The position numbers and the translations under genes are program-made. A DNA stretch of 33,702 bases, taken from positions 68,064,779-68,098,480 of the forward strand of contig NC_068991.1 in NCBI RefSeq assembly GCF_001194135.2, in the 5' to 3' direction. Origin of the DNA: Octopus bimaculoides. Lineage: Eukaryota. The notes under the pieces are model-generated. The model worked only from the letters and a program-made list of their open reading frames with translations, was not told where the DNA came from and ran no database searches. This document shows positions 12,316 to 25,429 of this stretch, in pieces (position 1 is the first letter of the stretch; each line of letters begins with the position of its first letter).

Positions 12316-12691
12316 GGTGTTATGTCTTTCTGTCCGACGTCACTTCGTCATACATCTTTTCGTCCATGTCTTTTCGTCTGACGTCTTTTTGTCCTATGAT
12401 TTTTTTTGTCCTATGATTTTTTTTGTCCTATGATTTTTTTTGTCCTATGATTTTTTTTTGTCCGATGATTTTTTTTGTCCTATGATTTTTTTTGCCCAAC
12501 GACAAACCCTATCAATAAAATTCTCCATGATTATTTGATTTTGATGTTCACCTTGATTTCTTAAGAGTTTATTTAAAATTGGACAAAACGTCGTTGGACA
12601 AAAACATTATCGGACAAAAAGACGTCGGACCAAAAGACGTGGACGAAGTGACGTTGGACAAAGTGACAATCGGACGAAAAGTCGAGTCACG
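12316..12691. mobile_element. Non-autonomous foldback/MuDR-like MITE with modular 15-18-bp repeats in inverted arms
   Basis: The left arm (gtccga/gtcca/gtcct modules) is inverted relative to the right arm (tcggac/ttggac modules). About 7 copies of T8-GTCCTATGA lie at 12386-12502. Candidate 9-bp TSD GATCCAGAG (12307-12315) / GGTTCAGAG (12692-12700), 7/9 match. Confidence 0.72.
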
Positions 12692-12865
12692 GGTTCAGAG
12701 ATGAGCCAGGGCAAGATGTCAAGTGCGAATATGGGTTGCAGGCCCAGGAATGTGGAAGCACCTAGATCTCAAGCGCAATCAAGAGATTCGCAGATTGATC
12801 AATGCCATTCATTGCATATCGGGTTTTATGTCAGAGTAACATTCTCCTTCAGATATGATTTGATA

Positions 12866-13388
12866 AAAGCGTTGTGAGTGGATTTGGTAGACGGTATCTG
12901 AAAGAAGCCTGTCGTATATATATATATATATATAAATGGAGTAATATATATATTACTGCCCTAACTCTTCGAAACGCCTGTGTTAGAATGGGGGCAGCTG
13001 ATGAAGGAAAATGTTCTCTATGTGACCTGTCTGTTTTCTGTACTCTGGTTATTATTATTTTTTTGTCTACGTTTTGTTTGCAATGTCCTGTACCCAAATA
13101 TGCACCTATATATACAAGTAGATGTAGGTATGCATATACTTGTACGTATATATGCATATACTCATTTATTATTTGTTTTATATATATATATATTTGTGTG
13201 TCTGTGTTTGTCCCTCCACCATCGCTTGACAACCAATGTTGGTGTGTTTACGTCCTGGAAGCTTAGCAGTTGGGCAAAATGGAACGATAGAATAAGTACT
13301 AGGCTTACAAAGTTACAAAGGATAAGTCCTAGGTTCGATTTGTTCGACTAGAGGCGGTGCTCCAGCATGGCCGCAGTCAAATGACTGT

Positions 13389-13393
<5 letters not shown>
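12866..13393 (+). mobile_element. SINE family A, 5'-truncated, with a ~170-bp insertion in its internal (TA)n
   Basis: Left arm 'gtgagtggatttggtagacgg..gaaagaagcctgtcg' and right arm 'gtttgtccctccaccatcgcttgac...ccagcatggccgcagtcaaatgactg'. Confidence 0.85.
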
Positions 13394-13424
<31 letters not shown>

Positions 13425-14514
13425 GACACCTATATTCATTTTAACATGAGCAATTCATTTTATGTAAATGATGTAGGTAAGAATGTGAACTAAAACTTTT
13501 AGGATTCTCTTTGTTGTTTAAAGAGAATTATAGCGGTGTATCTTATGTCATTCTATCTCGCAAGGTAAAGGTACACATTGCTTGATGCAATTGGACTTGT
13601 AGACGGAACCAGAATGCATTGCTGAGTCAAGGCTCCTGTCGGAAATACCTTCAATTTGAATTTGAATTATTGAAAGCCATTTTCATTTTTGCAAAAAAAA
13701 AAACATATCAAAAAAAAAAAGAAGGAATTCTTGAAACTCCGTAAATTGACAATTTAATTGTGTGCGTGTATATGTACCTGTCTGTGTTTGTGTGAATCCG
13801 TGTGCTTTTTGTGCATATATATATGTATATGTGTGTGTATGTGTGTCTGTGTATGTGTGTGAGTGTTTGTGGGTGAGATATTTCCTCTGCTTTGTCTTTG
13901 CTCTATTTATTTCAGTGATTCCCTTTAAAATCTATTTTGTTTCCCCCCCAAAACTTTCACTGACCTGTATTATTCGTTTTTTTTTGTTTTTGTTCTCATC
14001 TCTTTCTTATTTTAATTGTTTTTTAAAAACCTTCATTTATTTATTTATTTATCTATTTGTTTGTTTATTATGATTTTGCCACTGTCAGACAAGTGCTTGT
14101 TTTCTTATTTGTTACTTTTCTCTTCTAACGTGTCTTAAGTGTCATATCTAAGCTACCATTGACTGAGAAGCAGATCAAATTAATAGCTAGATTAGTGTCT
14201 ATGTTTGCCCAGCAGCGCATGACAGAAAACAGATATTCCTAGCCGCTGTCAAGCGGAGAAAAATTTGTCTTCTTTTCCTTTTGTTTTCCCCGCCTGTTTC
14301 TTTCCTTTTTTTTTTTTTGTTTTTATCATACACTTCTCCTTCATCGTCTTCTCTTTATTTTTCTTGTTGCTAATTTTAGCTTTACTCTTTTTTTTTTCCT
14401 TTTTGGCAATTTACTATCTTTTGAGATGTTTATATTCTATTATTGCATTTCAACCCATTCATTTACCATCTTCTCGCTCAAATTCTTGCCTCCTTCTTGC
14501 TTTTATTACACTTT

Positions 14515-14531
14515 CATTATTATTATTATTA

Positions 14532-14571
<40 letters not shown>

Positions 14572-14614
14572 CATTATTATTGAGTGAGAGAGCAGTGCAT
14601 GCCTATTATTATTT

Positions 14615-14675
<61 letters not shown>

Positions 14676-14810
14676 CATTATTATTATTATTATTATTATT
14701 ATCATTATTTTCTTGCTGCTTTCTCTTCTTCACTTACCTTACGTTTCAAGATTCAAGCAAATAAATAACGAAACGTCATCATCATCATCATCATCGTCGT
14801 CGTCGTCGTT
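14515..14810. repeat. (ATT)n arrays followed by (ATC)n(GTC)n
   Basis: Direct reading. Source of the poly-L/Y/I/N ORFs. Confidence 0.95.
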
Positions 14811-15737
14811 GGCGTCAATAATGTATCAATAATNNNNNNNNNNNNNNNNNNNNNNNNNNNNNNNNNNNNNNNNNNNNNNNNNNNNNNNNNNNNNNNNNNN
14901 NNNNNNNNNNNNNNNNNNNNNNNNNNNNNNNNNNNNNNNNNNNNNNNNNNNNNNNNNNNNNNNNNNNNNNNNNNNNNNNNNNNNNNNNNNNNNNNNNNNN
15001 NNNNNNNNNNNNNNNNNNNNNNNNNNNNNNNNNNNNNNNNNNNNNNNNNNNNNNNNNNNNNNNNNNNNNNNNNNNNNNNNNNNNNNNNNNNNNNNNNNNN
15101 NNNNNNNNNNNNNNNNNNNNNNNNNNNNNNNNNNNNNNNNNNNNNNNNNNNNNNNNNNNNNNNNNNNNNNNNNNNNNNNNNNNNNNNNNNNNNNNNNNNN
15201 NNNNNNNNNNNNNNNNNNNNNNNNNNNNNNNNNNNNNNNNNNNNNNNNNNNNNNNNNNNNNNNNNNNNNNNNNNNNNNNNNNNNNNNNNNNNNNNNNNNN
15301 NNNNNNNNNNNNNNNNNNNNNNNNNNNNNNNNNNNNNNNNNNNNNNNNNNNNNNNNNNNNNNNNNNNNNNNNNNNNNNNNNNNNNNNNNNNNNNNNNNNN
15401 NNNNNNNNNNNNNNNNNNNNNNNNNNNNNNNNNNNNNNNNNNNNNNNNNNNNNNNNNNNNNNNNNNNNNNNNNNNNNNNNNNNNNNNNNNNNNNNNNNNN
15501 NNNNNNNNNNNNNNNNNNNNNNNNNNNNNNNNNNNNNNNNNNNNNNNNNNNNNNNNNNNNNNNNNNNNNNNNNNNNNNNNNNNNNNNNNNNNNNNNNNNN
15601 NNNNNNNNNNNNNNNNNNNNNNNNNNNNNNNNNNNNNNNNNNNNNNNNNNNNNNNNNNNNNNNNNNNNNNNNNATCTATCTATCTCGCTCTCCATATATA
15701 CACACATCTATGTAGATATATGTGTATGTATATAAAT

Positions 15738-16069
15738 ATTCTTTCAGTCTTTTACTTGTTTTAGTCATTTGACTGCAACCGTGCTGGAGCACCGCCTTTG
15801 GCCGAACAGATTAACCCGCCCGCCCCAGGACTTATTCTTTGTAAACTTAGTCCATTTTGCCGAACCGTTAAGTTACCTGACGTAAACACACCAGCATCGA
15901 TTATCAAGTGTTGGTGGGGTGGGGGACAAAAACCAAATCCACTCACAAAGCTTTGGTCGGCCCGAGGCTATAATAGGAAACAGTTGCCGAAGGTGCCACG
16001 CAGTGGAAGTGAACTCGGAACCATGTGGCTGGCAAGCAAGCTACTTACCACACAGCCACTCCTGCGCCT
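15738..16069 (-). mobile_element. SINE family A, both ends intact, internal microsatellite module deleted
   Basis: Ends 'ccacacagccactcctgcgcct', the reverse complement of the head. Deletion junction 'gacaaa|a|accaaatcc' at about 15930. Confidence 0.9.
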
Positions 16070-16350
16070 CTCTCTCTCTATATATATGTATCTACACGAA
16101 TACATATATAAACACACACACAAACACACGCACACACACGTACACACACACACACACGCACAACCAACAAATACACATATCGATATTTCCACTTCTTTAT
16201 AACCCTTTATATTTGGCAGAAGAAATCCAAGAGAGATTTTTACACCAGTTATCGATATATTTTCTAATATATACTTTAAAGATTTTCAGTTACCGTTTTA
16301 TTTATTTATTTATTTATTCATTCATTTATGTATTCATTTATTTATATTTC

Positions 16351-17062
<712 letters not shown>

Positions 17063-17355
17063 AGTGGAGTCATGAAAAAATGCAATAAAAAAATTAAAAT
17101 AAAGATAAAAAATTAAAATTTAAAAATATTGTTTTATAGTCAAAACGGAATAAGCAGCAATTAATCAATGAATTTCAATATAGAATCCCTTTGCCAATCA
17201 ATGTAAAATTCTTACAAATATTTAAATCCGATATAAAACTGGATGCTGTGTATCGGTAGAGAATGTTCCCCAGAAAATATTCTAAACATAAATCAGTATT
17301 TCATAAATTCCAGCAAATATTTTTCATTTTCAATTTTTGATTTATATTTGCTTAG

Positions 17356-17481
<126 letters not shown>

Positions 17482-17888
17482 TATTATTCCACTTCAATAT
17501 GTTTCTTCTTTCATAATGCTGAGTATTGCAAGGCTCTCTCTTCTCTTTTGCGGAAAGAACAGGCCTGGAATTTTTGTAACTGAATTCCAAGCATGTGTCT
17601 CCAATGTCTACCTTTCAGCTTTCATTCCTGCTTTGGCAACATCTGTACGGTTCCCATCCTCATTCAAAGAACGACACACTAGTTTCCACTCGTCTTGGTT
17701 CCCTTTAAGTACCGATGGAAGGACCGTTTCTATAGTTACAGCAAGCCAGATATAACCGTAACATTTTTAGCTCAGCGCAGAATAAAAAAATGTAATGGAG
17801 TTTAATTATTCTTTTTTATAAACTCTTTACATAACTGGCTTTATGTTATACATACATACACACACACAAACACACACACACACACACA

Positions 17889-17922
<34 letters not shown>

Positions 17923-17958
17923 CTTGCACACTCACGCATACGCACACACACACATATA

Positions 17959-18003
<45 letters not shown>

Positions 18004-18019
18004 TTGTGTGTATGTGGGT

Positions 18020-18289
18020 GTGAAGGCGCGTGGCTTAGTGGTTAGGTCAATCAGCTCACGATCGTTAGGTCGTGAGTTCAATTCCCGGCGACGCGTTGTG
18101 TCCTTGAACAAGACACAGTATTTCACGTTGCTCCAGTTCACTCAGCTGGCAAAAATGAGGAGTACCTGTATTTCAAAGGGCCGGCCTTGTCACACGCTGA
18201 ATCTCCTTGAAAACTACGATAAGGATACACGTGTCTGTGGAGTGTTCAGCCACTCGCACGCGTTAATTTCACGAGCAAACTGTTCCGTT
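18020..18289 (+). mobile_element. SINE family B, 3'-truncated into (TA)n
   Basis: A box TGGCTTAGTGG at 18031-18041 and B box GAGTTCAATTCCC at 18074-18086. Confidence 0.9.
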
Positions 18290-18291
18290 TA

Positions 18292-18328
<37 letters not shown>

Positions 18329-18479
18329 TATGTGTGTAGATGTAGCTGTATGCGTGTATATATTTAGATACGTATAACAAGAATAGAGATTTAAAGAATC
18401 AAACTCTCTATAAGCTCTCTCTTCGCCTGGTGCGTATCTATCACGAAAATCCGTGGTTAAGGCTAGAATACAACCTTGT

Positions 18480-18632
18480 CGATCGGTGTTGGTTTCTTTA
18501 CGTATCAATAACTTAGCGGTACGGCAAAAGTGTACGATAGAATAAGTACCAAACTATTAAAAACAATATTCATATGGATTTATTCGACTAACGCTGTGCC
18601 TCCGCATGGCCGCAGTCGAATGACTTAAATAA
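18480..18632 (+). mobile_element. SINE family A right arm, diverged
   Basis: Reads 'taacttagcggtacggcaaaag..cgatagaataagtac...gcatggccgcagtcgaatgact'. Confidence 0.7.
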
Positions 18633-18844
18633 TTAAATGATATTCCGCCTAGTGATTGCCAAGAAATAGTTCTGCCGAACAAAATATGTTTGGGGAATTA
18701 TTTAAACTGAGGTAAACGTAACCATTCGTCACGTAGTGATGACTGTAATATATACCAGACAAAATGTCGGGATTCACATAATAGATGAATATTCTTAAAG
18801 AGAGGGACTCTACTGATCACAATCTAATGACTGAGTACTGCAAA

Positions 18845-19054
18845 ATAATCCTTTCTACTAAGCACATGGTCCGACATTTTATGAGAAGCCAGTCGATTAC
18901 ATCGACCCCGCCAGTGCTGAAATAGTGCCTATTTTATCGGCCCCGAAAGAATGAAAGGCAAAGGCGACCTCGGTAGAATTTAAGTTCAGTACGTAAAGAC
19001 GGAAGAAATGCCGCTAAGCATTTTGTCCGGCATGCTAGCTATTCTACCAGCTCG
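18845..19054 (-). mobile_element. SINE family C, full length
   Basis: Homologous to 16534-16764 over the head and central domain. Confidence 0.85.
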
Positions 19055-19150
19055 ATCATCATGGTTTCAACGTCCATTTATTCATACTTGCATCGGTTGG
19101 TTGGAATATGTTGACGCGGATTTTCTGCAGCCTGATGCCCTTCTTGTCAA
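19055..19150 (-). mobile_element. Probable retroposon 3'-tail fragment, family unassigned
   Basis: 'atcatcatggtttcaacgtcc...gcctgatgcccttc' resembles (GAT)n-tailed LINE/SINE 3' ends. This is from recall only; there is no second copy in the window. Confidence 0.35.
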
Positions 19151-20019
19151 TTCAGTTAGATATACTAACTTTCATATTATATTTCAATGTTCCTAATTTC
19201 TAGAAAAGATATATGATATTCATTATACCTTACTATGAAATTTAAAAAATAGTTTTTTAAAAGTTTTTATATTTAGTTTCTCTATCACCATTTGAACCCG
19301 GTTATATTTTATGCTTAATGAGCTAAAAATTGGTTCATGAAGTCAACCACGCAAAATAATATTGGAGAGACATATCGTACAAGCCTCTTTTTTTGTTGTT
19401 GTTATTTGTCAATCCCAATATGAGCAGCTGATTCAATGCTGTGTGAAGGCCCTCCTGGGGGTAGAAAGGTCTTAAGGAGTCGGATAATTTAGTACAGTAG
19501 TTATTTTACCCTAAGTTTTCTGAAGTTCTAAGCGTATACGCGGCTAGGAATTTCCAGATGAAATGGCTGTTGTTGAATGAAATGGAAATGAATGAAAACG
19601 AAGTTTTAGTGACAAATGAAGTAGAGAGAAAGAGATGGGAGAATGAGAGGAAAGGAAAGAAAGAGAAGGGGGAGAAAGAGAGGAAAAGGGAGAAGGAGGG
19701 AGATAGAGATAGAGAGAGCAGGGGGTGAGAGGGAGGGACAGAACGAGCGAATGCCTCTTCGTAAATTAGAGATGTAAATATACCATAGCGAATAAATCAA
19801 GAAATGGCTAACATCTTCGAAAGGGTTTGTCTTTGATAAATTGGAAATAGTTTTAGTAAAGTCGGAAATCTCAAACCATATATTAATTCTTGAAGTGAAA
19901 CCGATTGGGTTTTACGAAATTGAGATGACATTTTAAGTGAAGTGTGTGTATAAATATACATCACAACTATTTTGTTGCATTGAAAGAATTACGATAGCAT
20001 CGAAGAAATGGCATTCAGG

Positions 20020-20150
20020 TATTTCCTTTCGTCTTTTTATATTTTCAGTTCAAATTCCTTGGAGTTGAACGCTGCCTTTTCTATCCCTCAGGCATCGGCG
20101 AAATAGAGTACCTGGCATGTACTGAAGTCGATGGTATCGACTAGTCGTCT
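20020..20150 (+). mobile_element. Degenerate SINE family C
   Basis: Contains 'cagttcaaattcc' and the hairpin 'agtcgatggtatcgact'. Confidence 0.55.
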
Positions 20151-20154
20151 AAGA

Positions 20155-20202
<48 letters not shown>

Positions 20203-20212
20203 GTTGTTGTTG

Positions 20213-20247
<35 letters not shown>

Positions 20248-20258
20248 GTGGTTCTTAT

Positions 20259-20415
20259 TAAGGCAGCGAGATGGCAGAATCTTTAGCGCGCTGAATGAAG
20301 TGCATAGCGGTATTTCGCCCGTCGCGTTCTGCGATCAAATTTCGTTGAAGTAGACTTTACCTTTTATCATTTCGGGGTCGATAAATTAAGTACTAGTGAA
20401 ACTTTGGGGTCGATG
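20259..20415 (+). mobile_element. SINE family C, preceded by (ATT)n and running into an N gap
   Basis: Reads 'aggcagcgagatggcagaatc...tttcggggtcgataaattaagtac'. Confidence 0.85.
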
Positions 20416-20785
20416 NNNNNNNNNNNNNNNNNNNNNNNNNNNNNNNNNNNNNNNNNNNNNNNNNNNNNNNNNNNNNNNNNNNNNNNNNNNNNNNNNNNNN
20501 NNNNNNNNNNNNNNNNNNNNNNNNNNNNNNNNNNNNNNNNNNNNNNNNNNNNNNNNNNNNNNNNNNNNNNNNNNNNNNNNNNNNNNNNNNNNNNNNNNNN
20601 NNNNNNNNNNNNNNNNNNNNNNNNNNNNNNNNNNNNNNNNNNNNNNNNNNNNNNNNNNNNNNNNNNNNNNNNNNNNNNNNNNNNNNNNNNNNNNNNNNNN
20701 NNNNNNNNNNNNNNNNNNNNNNNNNNNNNNNNNNNNNNNNNNNAACAGCTGTAGTGAATCGACACATTATCCATATGTTGTTATA

Positions 20786-20861
<76 letters not shown>

Positions 20862-21508
20862 TTCTTGATGTGGAATCGTGTGTTGAAATACATATTGTAA
20901 TATTTGGGTATATATTTTGCCAAGTTTGCGTGTGCGCGTGTGTGTCCATGCGTGTTTGTATACATGCACATTACAACATTACTGTGGAGCTCTATCAGTA
21001 CAGGATACACTAATAAAAACTGTTGTGTTCCAGTTCGTCCTCATGTCTTTTCTTCTTTTCCATTTTCTCCGACATTAATGTCCTTTTAAGGAATAACAAA
21101 TCTCCATTAGAAATCTGAAAATACATCGGAAATCATGAAAAATAGAAATTCGAAATTACCCAAAGTTTAACTGAAACTATTTTGCCCACAAAACATCTGC
21201 AAAAAAAGAATCACTGTACAGGAATACAAGAAGATCTTGGAACAATTCGGACCGTTTTTGATAAACTGAACTTTGTATAGAAATATATAGAATTAGAAAG
21301 AAAAATATACGTTAAGATCTTGAAAGATTAAAAGTAATACTCCAGTAAGATGCTTGGTAGACTTGTCATCTTAGTTCAATTCTGTAGCTTCGGAATAATG
21401 AAAGATACAGAGTAAAAATGGCTTATAAAATAAGGAAAATAATCGACATCCGTGGAATGCATCATATAAAGCCAGATGTCATCTGACAGTATATGTATGC
21501 TCTGTCAC

Positions 21509-21574
<66 letters not shown>

Positions 21575-21764
21575 ACATTCATACATACATACATACATAC
21601 ATACATGCACACATACATACATACTAGAAGAGACCTTCTTAAAAAAATATATTTCGTTCCCAGTTCGTAAGTGAAACCTGGTCTTGCTCAACACAACATG
21701 CAAGACAAAGATTATGAATAAAACATTAAAAAAAAATTAAATATGAAAATAAAAATTCCGTAAG

Positions 21765-21791
21765 TAGCTGCTGCTACTGCTGCTGCTGCTT

Positions 21792-21847
<56 letters not shown>

Positions 21848-22231
21848 GCCACCACCACCACCACCACCACCACCACCACTACTACTACNNNNNNNNNNNN
21901 NNNNNNNNNNNNNNNNNNNNNNNNNNNNNNNNNNNNNNNNNNNNNNNNNNNNNNNNNNNNNNNNNNNNNNNNNNNNNNNNNNNNNNNNNNNNNNNNNNNN
22001 NNNNNNNNNNNNNNNNNNNNNNNNNNNNNNNNNNNNNNNNNNNNNNNNNNNNNNNNNNNNNNNNNNNNNNNNNNNNNNNNNNNNNNNNNNNNNNNNNNNN
22101 NNNNNNNNNNNNNNNNNNNNNNNNNNNNNNNNNNNNNNNNNNNNNNNNNNNNNNNNNNNNNNNNNNNNNNNNNNNNNNNNNNNNNNNNNNNNNNNNNNNN
22201 NNNNNNNNNNNNNNNNNNNNNNNNNNNNNNN

Positions 22232-22275
<44 letters not shown>
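21765..22275. repeat. Compound triplet array (GCT)n(ACT)n(ACC)n(ACT)n spanning a gap
   Basis: Direct reading. Source of the poly-V ORF. Confidence 0.95.
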
Positions 22276-23200
22276 ATTAAACCATTCAATATGTTGAAGT
22301 CGGCCAGCCAATTATTTAACCCAAACTTTCACCAACCCGATTAGAATCTTAGAAAAGAGGCATCGCCATCAACATCATTCTTATCATCATCACAAGAATC
22401 ATAATTACCAATTTTTAAAGTTCTTCCTTTCTGCAAGACTGGCGTTGCATCTTAGAGTGCGCCCTCTAGTTATTGTGATTTCTGCTTCTATCACATCTAA
22501 TTATTTGTATGTTATAAGGATGGATAATCTATATGGATTTACCTTCTCTCAGATAAGCAGCTAAAAAGCTGAAGGACTCTAGGTCTGTCGAGGAGACTAT
22601 GAGCGACCTTTTTCCGGAGGAGATTCTATGACATGCTAATTGACCCATAGGTATGTATGTATATAAGTACATACGTATGTATGTCCGGAATATGGCTTTA
22701 AACTGCTTCCGGTAGTGGGGCTCAAGTTCGAAAGTTTCAGGATTTTATTGAGTGTAGAATTACCTTTAATCACTATTGTTCCCAGGTCTATCTGACCCGG
22801 AGTAGTAGCAACATTTTTATAGAAAATGTAATAAAAGAGTCTATCTTGTAAATTCCAAACTAGAGAACAAAAAAAAAACTGTAAAAAAAATTAGAATAAA
22901 AGACATGAATTTCTGGAACGATTTATTTTTATTTATTTTTGTCAGCAAATTTGTGTTAAAAAAATAAATTACTGGCTAAAGAAAACTTTAATCCGCCTCC
23001 TCCCCTACTCTTCGTATGATCCATTACATCATTTATCTGATACGATTAATTACAATTATGTGAATCAACATAAACCTGTATAATCCCGAAGGCATGCGAG
23101 TTAATCAGATGCCATTTGTAGAGAATACTGTTTTTTTTTTCATACAGCTGAAGGATTAAGCGCTACAGTTGAAGTTACATGCTTAGAGATTCCGGAGATG

Positions 23201-23254
<54 letters not shown>

Positions 23255-23405
23255 TGGTGATTAATTAAAATTAACTATTAACCTTTCATTGACGAGGATA
23301 CAATCAAAGAGTGACAACACGTCAGCAACAACTACAGCTAAGACGACGACTTTCGGCGACAAAAACATTAGTCAAATGCCAACCACTAAATGATAGACTA
23401 TATAT

Positions 23406-23560
23406 GCTAGAAATAGCAACTAAATACACCTCAAATCACACACTTTGTACATCATAGATGTACAACATTAATGGAGAAAAGCTGGATGCTCAGAGTTGGA
23501 ATACTTTTTTTTCCATAATCCAGCTAGATTACAACTAAATTTGGACTAAACAATTAACAA
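23406..23560 (+). mobile_element. Family D copy, diverged
   Basis: 'gctagaaatagcaactaaatacacctcaaatcacac' start is shared with 9200. Confidence 0.5.
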
Positions 23561-24289
23561 TATTAAAAAGAAAAGAAATATTCTGACTAGACCATATTGC
23601 AAGGGAGGTAATCTAGTCGATTTAAATGCCACTTGTACTTATCTGATACTTTGCGCTATCAAACACACCATGCAGTAAAACATAATCGAACTCTAGTAGA
23701 ATTAGATCGATAAATTCATCTAACTAATGGAATGCGGCAGGGTTTAGTTTTTGTTCAAAAACTTCGCTCAGTTGTTGTTACGCAAGCAATTAGGAAAAAA
23801 ACATGTTCTAGTGGTGTATAAATACATAAATGTTAAGAAAGGCTAATAAGATCTGTTCAATAAAAACAATGGGGTAAATACATGGTGCAAATAGTGGTTG
23901 ATTATGACTTTAAAGCTAAGTGGTATTTGCGCTGGACATGTTTCCAGCGTGAAACATTTCAACTGTGAAATGTTTCCTCTGTGAAACATTTCAACTGAGC
24001 GTGCGCAAACTAAAAAAAGACTTTTTATTTTAGCATGACTAAATCGGTTTCTTAGAGACATTGAAACCGGTAGCTCATTTTGACAAAAATGTAAAAACTT
24101 CCTTTTTTGTTTCTAAGATAAATTTGTCAAATATTTTCTATATTTTGTTGTTTTAGTATGAATTTACTCGCGTAAAACCCCTTAACCTTATCTCTCTCTC
24201 TTTATATATATATGTGTATATGTATACACACATACATACATACATATGTATATACATATGTGTGTGTGTGTGTGCATGTATATGTATGC

Positions 24290-24337
<48 letters not shown>

Positions 24338-24387
24338 GCATAACAAAACAGAAAAAGAGACACAGAAAGGGAGGAAGACAAGAGAGG

Positions 24388-24560
24388 CCCAGATATGGTT
24401 GTGTTGTTAAAGTGTTCCCTTTGCAACCACGTAGCTTCCGGCTTATCTCCACTGCGTGCCACATTGGGCTATTCTAATTTGCTATAGCCCCGGGACAACT
24501 GGTACCTTGTGAGTGAATTTGCGAGACGGAAACAGTGCAAAGCCCGTTGTGTGTGTGCCT
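24388..24560 (+). mobile_element. SINE family A head and left arm, diverged, right arm absent
   Basis: Reads 'ccactgcgtgccacattgggc..ctatagccccggg..ccttgtgagtgaatttgcgagacggaaac..aagcccgt'. Confidence 0.75.
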
Positions 24561-25211
24561 GCCTCTGTGTGTGTATGGAGAGAGAGAGAGAGAGAAAGAA
24601 AAAGTGAGAGAGAGAAAGAGAGAGATAAATAGATAGATAGATAGATATAAATATGTGTGTGTATATGTGCGTCTATAATATGACTACCACCACCATCACT
24701 ACCATTAGAACACAACCAGCACCACCACCACCATATCACCCCAGCAACCATAACCGTCACTAATTCCACCACGGCCACCACCACCACCCTCTCCATCACA
24801 CTTCTGAAAATCCTTTTTCAGTCTTTTCCCACTACATCCATTTCTTTTATATTTCTTGTAATTTTCATTGTTTTGTTTTTTTTAAATATGTCATGTTTAT
24901 GAGGCTTTTCAGGGGGCGGGGATTGATATGAGGTTTGCTTATTTTTCTTACCATATTGATTTTAACTCTGATTTCTTCGGAATTTAGAGTAGTTCTAAGA
25001 ACTAGTGTTGCTCACATGGGAACGACGTATGCTAATTAAATCCCCATTTTGTATTTGATCGTTTAATCTTACCATTTGGTCCACCATTTTAAAGCCATTT
25101 TCTTCTTAACTTTATTTAGGATTATTCGTAATCAGCATCAGTACATTCCTCTCTCTCACGCTTTTTCTCTCTCTCAGATACACACACACACACACACACA
25201 CCTACACGTTA

Positions 25212-25429
25212 CGTGGGGGTGCTGAAAAGAACCTGGCTTTGGGCAAAAGAAAATACAGCTTGGATTAGTTAATTATGATTTGATTCAGTATAGTCCCCTC
25301 TCAGATTCACACACTTATTGTAGCGGTCCTTCAATTCTTCTAAGCTCAGTAAAAGAACTCAGAAGACTGGGCCTCCAACTAGGCCTTTCTTGACACCCGT
25401 AAAGCCAGGAACTTTTCAGCACCCCCTCA
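25212..25429 (-). mobile_element. Mariner deletion derivative, 218 bp
   Basis: 29-bp TIRs match at 25/29 (cgtgggggtgctgaaaagaacctggcttt). TA TSD at 25210-25211 and 25430-25431. The minus strand encodes ELKDRYNKCVNLRGDYTE, matching the mariner transposase C-terminal pattern L..RW.KC....G.Y.E. Confidence 0.9.

Noticed and set aside
12386-12502. CRISPR-like repeat array
   Set aside because: Units are contiguous with no unique spacers; eukaryotic context; part of a MITE arm.
12960-13020. Hammerhead ribozyme (GAAAC and CTGATGA motifs)
   Set aside because: Stems I and II do not pair and stem III is marginal. Other CTGANGA hits (3076, 26150) also lack the required stems.
22555-22650. Exon-like segment, CTCTCAG ... 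AG|GTATGT
   Set aside because: Stops in all three + frames. The - strand open frame has a poor acceptor and no recognisable peptide.
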